Assembly (NCBI GenBank): GCA_965215605.1
Contig: OZ244070.1
Span: 2,240,001-2,304,000 of the forward strand
DNA from: an uncultured Candidatus Binatia bacterium
Lineage (GTDB): Bacteria; Desulfobacterota; Binatia; UBA9968; JAJDTQ01
Direction of reading: 5' to 3'
DNA length: 64,000 nucleotides
Of the stretch, positions 57,018-64,000 are shown in pieces. Position numbers and translations under genes: made by a program. The notes under the pieces are model-generated. The model was given only the letters and a program-made list of their open reading frames with translations, had not been told where the DNA came from and made no database searches. Within the stretch, counting starts at the first letter, position 1. Each line of letters opens with the position of its first letter.

Positions 57018-58381
57018 CGCCTCCCCGCGCGTCGCAGGGACGACGGCTTGAAGTCCCGGTCCTTGTACTTGACGTCGTGCGTGCACATCCGGAACTCGTT
57101 GTCGAGGCCGAGGGCGAGGTAGCGTCCGGCCTGCAGATCGTGATGGACCTCCAGGGTCGGCCAGGTCAGCGGCTTTTCGTAGAAGTTGATGACGTGACCC
57201 TCGGACACCCGCCAGAGCTGATCGCGGTTGTCGTAGATGTCCACCAGCAGGATCTGCCAGGAATCCTCGTCGATGTAGAAGGTCCGCCGCTTGTAGATGT
57301 GGCTGGCGCCCTGCTTGAGGGTGGCGTCGACGATCCAGACCCGGTGAAGCTCGTAGCGCAGATGCTCGGGGTTCACGTGCAGCGGCCGGATGAGGTCGTC
57401 GAAGGCGAGCTTGTCGCTGTGCGCCCGGTAGGCGTTGTACGGCACGTACATCTCGCGCTTGCCGGCGAGCTTCCAGTCGTAGCGGTCCACCGCTCCGTTG
57501 AACATGTCGAACTGGTCGGCGGTGCGCAGTCCGTCCGAGGTGGTGCCGGGATTGTCGTAGGCGATGTTGGGCGCGCGCCGCACCCGGCGCTGGCCGGGGT
57601 TGTAGGTCCAGGCCTGCCGCGGCTGGCGCGACGGGTTCATGGCCTCGTGCACCAGCAGGAGACCTCCCGCCAGCCGTGCGGGCGCGGTCACCCGCTGCTT
57701 GAACAGGATCATGGTGTCGCCGAGCTTCTCCACGGTCATGCCCGGCAGGGAGTAGCGGACGTTGACGTCGACGGCGTACTTGACCAAGGTGTAGTCGCCG
57801 CCCCGGGTCACCGCCGCCTGCCCCAGCGTGCAGGACACCGCCTCGCCCCGGTAGCGCAGCAGATGGTTCCAGATCACCTCCAGGCCGTTCCTGGGGATGG
57901 GGAAGGGGATGCCGATGACGGCGCCGTCGACGCCGTTGCCGCCGTCCACGAGCTTGGTCACGGCGGCGATCTTCCGGGTGGCGTCGTAGATGCGCTGCGG
58001 CACCGAGGCGCTGCGCCGGGTCGGGTACACGACCAGCTTGTAGGTCCCGTAGGTCTCCAGCAGGCGCTGGTGCCCGGTGGAGAGCTTGTCCCGGTACTTG
58101 TCGAGGTTGGACTTGTCGATGACGAAGAGCGGCTTGTCGCTTCCGTAGGGGTCGCGGTGGTGCTCGCCGGGCTGGTAGCCCTCCGGCGGCCTGGTGATGC
58201 CCCCGGTCCACTCCGGGATGGCGCCGTCGGCGTTGCCGGCCCGCTCCGCCCCGAGTGGGGTCAGTTCCTTGCCGAGACGCGCGATCTCGTCGGCGGAAAT
58301 CTCGGCGGCCGCAGGGCAGGCAAGGGCCAGCGCCAGGGCCGCGACAGCAGCGATTCGTGAAGTGAGTGCTTTCGTGTTCAT
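57014..58381 (-). CDS. DUF1329 family periplasmic protein
   Basis: Signal peptide; LTPLGAERAGN, GIPFPIP, YNPGQRRVRRAP, YELHRVW, FYIDEDSW. Confidence 0.88.
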   Translation of the reverse strand: MNTKALTSRIAAVAALALALACPAAAEISADEIARLGKELTPLGAERAGNADGAIPEWTGGITRPPEGYQPGEHHRDPYGSDKPLFVIDKSNLDKYRDKLSTGHQRLLETYGTYKLVVYPTRRSASVPQRIYDATRKIAAVTKLVDGGNGVDGAVIGIPFPIPRNGLEVIWNHLLRYRGEAVSCTLGQAAVTRGGDYTLVKYAVDVNVRYSLPGMTVEKLGDTMILFKQRVTAPARLAGGLLLVHEAMNPSRQPRQAWTYNPGQRRVRRAPNIAYDNPGTTSDGLRTADQFDMFNGAVDRYDWKLAGKREMYVPYNAYRAHSDKLAFDDLIRPLHVNPEHLRYELHRVWIVDATLKQGASHIYKRRTFYIDEDSWQILLVDIYDNRDQLWRVSEGHVINFYEKPLTWPTLEVHHDLQAGRYLALGLDNEFRMCTHDVKYKDRDFKPSSLRRAGRR

Positions 58382-58385
58382 GGGT

Positions 58386-60254
58386 TCAGAATGAGTACTT
58401 GAGGGTCGCCGTGATGAAGTCACGGTCCCTGATCTCGCTCCTGTTGCCGCCGTAGGCGGTGTAGCCGATGTTGCCCTCCCAGCGGCTCAGATAGCTTGCC
58501 CGCAGGCCGAGGGTCAGCGCGGTACGTCCTTCCAGGAAGGGACCGATGGGCTGGGGACTGTTTCCCCGGAAGTCGTGCTGGAACTGGACGTAGGGGAAAA
58601 GGTTGGCCGAACCGACGGCGTTGTTGTAGTCGAGCCGCGCCGCCATCCGGTAGCCCATCGAGGTGGAGTCCGACGGCTTCCCCTCGGCGGGGCTCTCCAG
58701 CGGCAGCGCGCTCTTCTCCGGCATGTTGTGGACGTGGAACAACGCTGCTTCGGTCAGGAAGACGAAACCGTCCGCCCCCAGCGTCGGGCCGAACACCCTG
58801 GTCGCCGTGGCCTGGATCTGGCTCACTTGACGCTTGATGTAGCCGCGGATGTCGGCATCGTAGCCGGCGGTGCCGGGAAAACCGCCGTTTTGTATGCACC
58901 CGGCCGAGGTACGTCGCGTAGCGGGCAGTTGATTCCGGACTCCCTCAGGCAGACCATCCACCGCCAGACAATTGGAGAACGGCGCGAGGCCGTCCGTGAT
59001 GAGCTTGGCCTCTTCGATCTGCAAGGGCACGTCGGTGCGGAAGGCGAAGTCACCCTGCAATGCCCAGCCAGACCCGCCGAGCTGCGTGTTGAAACTCACG
59101 CCGTAGAGCTGGATGTCCTCCGGGTATTCGATGAAGTAGTAACCTGAGCCTGCGTACTTGTCGACGCCGTAGGGCACCGCAAGCCCTCCGGTATCGCCTC
59201 CGGAAAGAGAGGGGGTCGTAATGAATTCTTGCGTTTTTGCCCCCAGTGCCGCCAGGCCCGCAAGGGCTCCTGCCTGGTCCCCGGTATGCGCGCGCACCGT
59301 CGGCAGGCGACTGTGGTAGTTGATGAAGTAGAAACCGAATTCCGTGCTGTTCAGGTTCTCGGCGAGGTAGCGCAACGCCACTCCCCCCTGTCCGGCGTCA
59401 CCCGGGTTGCGGTCCCGGCCTCGGGGCACGACCAGGAACTCGGAACCGTCCGGCAGATTGTCACCCAGCCGGGGGGAACCCGGAAGCAGGTTGCGTGCCA
59501 GCAACGCGCGGAGGGTGGGGTCGTTAAGGAATGCCCGGTTGGCGCCGGGTCCCACGTAGTCCGTCGTGGAAAAATAAGTGCCCCCCGGGTCGATCTGGGT
59601 CTTTTCCCAATCGATCTGATAGAAGGCCTCGACCGACAGGTTGTTGGGCAGCTCCACTAACGCCGACACCAGGGGAACGGCTACCAAGGCCTCCCGCAGC
59701 TCCGCTCCGGGCACCCGCAGTTTGCTCACGTCGAACGGGTTGATGGCGTTGATACCGTTCTGGATGAACGTGCTCTCGCCCCAGTTGAGCACGTGCTTGC
59801 CGAGCCGCACGTCCACCGAGGTCTCGCCGAGGTCGAAGCTTCCGGTGACATAGGCATCGAGCAGATCCAGGTCTTTACCCACCAGGTTCTTGGCCGTCGG
59901 GGTCAGCGGTCTGTAGTCCCGCTTGCCCTCCTCGTTCTCGTGGTCGTAGAATCCGCTGGCGCGCAGGAACAGCCCGAGGTTGCGGTAACCGAGCTCGAAA
60001 TCGCTGGTGAACTTGGCGGCGTTGCTGACGATTCCCGTTTCGTAGTTGAGATTTCCGTCGTTGTCGTTGATCTTGGAGGTCAGGTCCTTGTCCTGGTCTT
60101 CGACGCGCACCATCAGGCCGTAGGACAGGGTGGTGTCGAGGCTGGCCTCGACCTCGCCGGAGCTCAGGTCCACCGCCTTGGCCTGCCCGGGCCACAGGAA
60201 GGGGAGCCCGGCGAGCATCGACAAGACAACCAATTGGCAGATACTCTTCAACAT
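58386..60254 (-). CDS. DUF1302 family outer-membrane protein
   Basis: NDGNLNY, LLDAYV, NWGESTFIQNGIN, YHSRLP, C-terminal DRDFITATLKYSF. Confidence 0.88.
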   Translation of the reverse strand: MLKSICQLVVLSMLAGLPFLWPGQAKAVDLSSGEVEASLDTTLSYGLMVRVEDQDKDLTSKINDNDGNLNYETGIVSNAAKFTSDFELGYRNLGLFLRASGFYDHENEEGKRDYRPLTPTAKNLVGKDLDLLDAYVTGSFDLGETSVDVRLGKHVLNWGESTFIQNGINAINPFDVSKLRVPGAELREALVAVPLVSALVELPNNLSVEAFYQIDWEKTQIDPGGTYFSTTDYVGPGANRAFLNDPTLRALLARNLLPGSPRLGDNLPDGSEFLVVPRGRDRNPGDAGQGGVALRYLAENLNSTEFGFYFINYHSRLPTVRAHTGDQAGALAGLAALGAKTQEFITTPSLSGGDTGGLAVPYGVDKYAGSGYYFIEYPEDIQLYGVSFNTQLGGSGWALQGDFAFRTDVPLQIEEAKLITDGLAPFSNCLAVDGLPEGVRNQLPATRRTSAGCIQNGGFPGTAGYDADIRGYIKRQVSQIQATATRVFGPTLGADGFVFLTEAALFHVHNMPEKSALPLESPAEGKPSDSTSMGYRMAARLDYNNAVGSANLFPYVQFQHDFRGNSPQPIGPFLEGRTALTLGLRASYLSRWEGNIGYTAYGGNRSEIRDRDFITATLKYSF

Positions 60255-60411
60255 AGAGTTGGCCGAATATCATTTTCCGATGTGCGATTCAAGGCAGTAT
60301 TTGCAATCCGCAGGGCTGTTGAATGGACCCGCTGGAACCCGTTGTGTGATGCAGAATCTTGCACACCGTCGCGGCTAATAACTGGAATATAAAAGATATT
60401 TTTGACCAAGC

Positions 60412-61005
60412 ATGCCATATCGACCTCAAGACGGGTTCTTTCGCAAGGCCAAGCGGGAGGGTTACCGCTCGCGGGCGGCATACAAGCTGCTGGAGATCAA
60501 CCAGCGGTTTCGGTTGATCCGGGACGGCCACTCGGTGGTGGACCTGGGGGCGGCGCCGGGCGGGTGGCTCCAGGTGGCGGCCGAGCTTGCCGGCCCCAAG
60601 GGGCGCGTGCTGGGCTTCGACCTGCAGCCGATCCAGCCGGTGGGTGGCGGCAGCGTACGAGCGTACGAGCTGGACGTGCTGGCGCAGGATGCCGCCGAGC
60701 GCATCGGCGGACTCCTCGATGGCCCGGTGGACTGTGTGCTCTCGGACATGGCGCCGCGGCTCTCGGGCATCCGCGACGCGGATCACCAGCGCGCACTGGA
60801 GCTTGCCCGCAAGGCCTGCGCGATCGCCATGGCGGTTCTGAAACCCCGGGGGGCGCTCCTCTTCAAGACGTTTACCGGGGCCGGCGTCGAGGGTCTCGCG
60901 AAGGAGATGTCCGGCCGTTTCCAGTCCGTCCAGCGGGTCCGAGCCGAGGCGACGCGGAAGGGATCGTCCGAGTTCTACGTGGTGGCCAAGGGCTTCAGGC
61001 CCTGA
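60412..61005 (+). CDS. rlmE: 23S rRNA Um2552 methyltransferase
   Basis: YRSRAAYKL, DLGAAPGGW, SDMAP, SSEFY. Confidence 0.93.
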   Translation: MPYRPQDGFFRKAKREGYRSRAAYKLLEINQRFRLIRDGHSVVDLGAAPGGWLQVAAELAGPKGRVLGFDLQPIQPVGGGSVRAYELDVLAQDAAERIGGLLDGPVDCVLSDMAPRLSGIRDADHQRALELARKACAIAMAVLKPRGALLFKTFTGAGVEGLAKEMSGRFQSVQRVRAEATRKGSSEFYVVAKGFRP

Positions 61006-61009
61006 CGGC

Positions 61010-62830
<1,821 letters not shown>

Positions 62831-62838
62831 GGAGAGGG

Positions 62839-64000
62839 TCAGGCTTTGCGCTTCCGCGCCCGGTAGCCGTCCACCCAGCCGTCGACGTGCCGTTGCGGGG
62901 CGCGGCTCAGGGCCAGGGCGCCCGCGGGCACGTCCTTGGTGATGGTGGAGCCGGCGCCGATGTAGGCGTCGTCGCCCACCGCCACCGGCGCCACGAGCTG
63001 GGTGTCGCTGCCCACCTGCACCCGGTCCCCGATGATGGTGCGGTGCTTGGCGAAGCCGTCGTAGTTGCAGGTGATGGTGCCCGCGCCGATGTTGGATTCC
63101 CGGCCGAGGTCGGTGTCGCCGATATAGCTCAGATGGCTGGCCTTGGTGCCCTCTCCCACGGACGAATTCTTTACCTCCACGAAGTTCCCTATGTGGACGT
63201 CACGCTGGAGCACGGTGCCCGGACGCAGATGGGCGAAGGGGCCGACGCTGACGCCGTCCTCCAGGTCGCAGCCGTCCATGACCACCGAGAAGCGCAGGTG
63301 GACGTCGTCGGCGAGGCGCGCGTTGGTGAGGTAGGCGCTGCCGTCGATGCGGCAGCGGGCGCCCACGGCGGTGCGTCCCAGAAGGTGGCTGTTGGGGCCG
63401 ATGACGGTGTCCTCGCCGATGGTGACCTCGGCGTCGATGTACGTGCTGTCCGGGTCCTTGAGAGTCACGCCCCGCTCCATCCACTTGCGGTTTACGTCTT
63501 TCTGAAGTGCCTTTTCCATCCAGGCGAGCTCCTCTCTGCCGTTCACGCCACGGAATTCACGCGGGTTGTCGATGGTGACGCTGCCGATGCGGGCCTGCCT
63601 TTCGGCGCCGTACGCGGCGATGTCCGGGAGATAGTATTCCCCCTGGTCGTTGCGGTTGTCGAGGGCCGCCAGGGCCGCCCGAAGAAAGCCCGCCGAGGCC
63701 ACGTAGAGGCCGACGTTGATCTCCCGGACGGCTCTCACCGCGTCGGCGGCGTCCCGTTCCTCCACCACACCGGCAATGTCGCCGTCCGGGCCGCGCAGGA
63801 CCCGGCCGTATCCGGAGGGGTCCGCCAGCGAGGCCACGGCAAGAGTGAGGTCCCGGGCGCCCGAGCGATGCGCCGCCAGCATCCGGGAAAGGGTCCGGCC
63901 GGCCACGAGCGGCACGTCTCCGTTGAGGATCAGCAGGTCGCCGCTGAAATCGCCCAGCGCGTCGGCCCCGCAACGTGCCGCGTGCCCCGTGCCCAATTGC
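62839..64000 (-). CDS. glmU: Bifunctional GlmU, 5'-truncated by window end
   Basis: LGTGHA, NGDVPL, GEYYLPD, GPFAHLRP, GNFVEVK, GTITCNYDG. Confidence 0.95.
   Translation of the reverse strand, partial: QLGTGHAARCGADALGDFSGDLLILNGDVPLVAGRTLSRMLAAHRSGARDLTLAVASLADPSGYGRVLRGPDGDIAGVVEERDAADAVRAVREINVGLYVASAGFLRAALAALDNRNDQGEYYLPDIAAYGAERQARIGSVTIDNPREFRGVNGREELAWMEKALQKDVNRKWMERGVTLKDPDSTYIDAEVTIGEDTVIGPNSHLLGRTAVGARCRIDGSAYLTNARLADDVHLRFSVVMDGCDLEDGVSVGPFAHLRPGTVLQRDVHIGNFVEVKNSSVGEGTKASHLSYIGDTDLGRESNIGAGTITCNYDGFAKHRTIIGDRVQVGSDTQLVAPVAVGDDAYIGAGSTITKDVPAGALALSRAPQRHVDGWVDGYRARKRKA

Overview
High-GC bacterial chromosomal window. The gene content suggests a deltaproteobacterium-like lineage, which is inference only. 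Housekeeping and metabolic flanks: mrdA-mreDCB, ppiD-like, gloA, larC, bioFAD, clpB, hisC, a complete F420 cluster (cofG-cofH-cofD-cofC-cofE-npdG), ubiD-like, DUF1302/DUF1329/YCF48/MMPL, rlmE, glmS, glmU, tRNA-Ala(CGC) and tRNA-Leu(CAA). These enclose a ~19 kb defence island (about 13.4-32.6 kb) that ends at the tRNA-Ala 3' end. The island encodes an SNF2 helicase-nuclease, a DUF1156-type amino-methyltransferase and a DUF499-type ATPase (restriction-like/BREX-related). The standout structure is two head-to-head copies of the methyltransferase flanking two tandem tyrosine recombinases. One copy is full length (22192-25191) and the other lacks the last ~184 aa (20089 down to 17645). They share three nested inverted-repeat blocks on one symmetry axis (paired coordinates sum to 42281), separated by two divergent, putative target-recognition segments. 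This looks like a shufflon able to generate up to four methyltransferase specificities. The constant blocks also show a strong G-rich to C-rich strand skew flip across the variable region. Domain names are recognised from motifs by eye, not from database searches.
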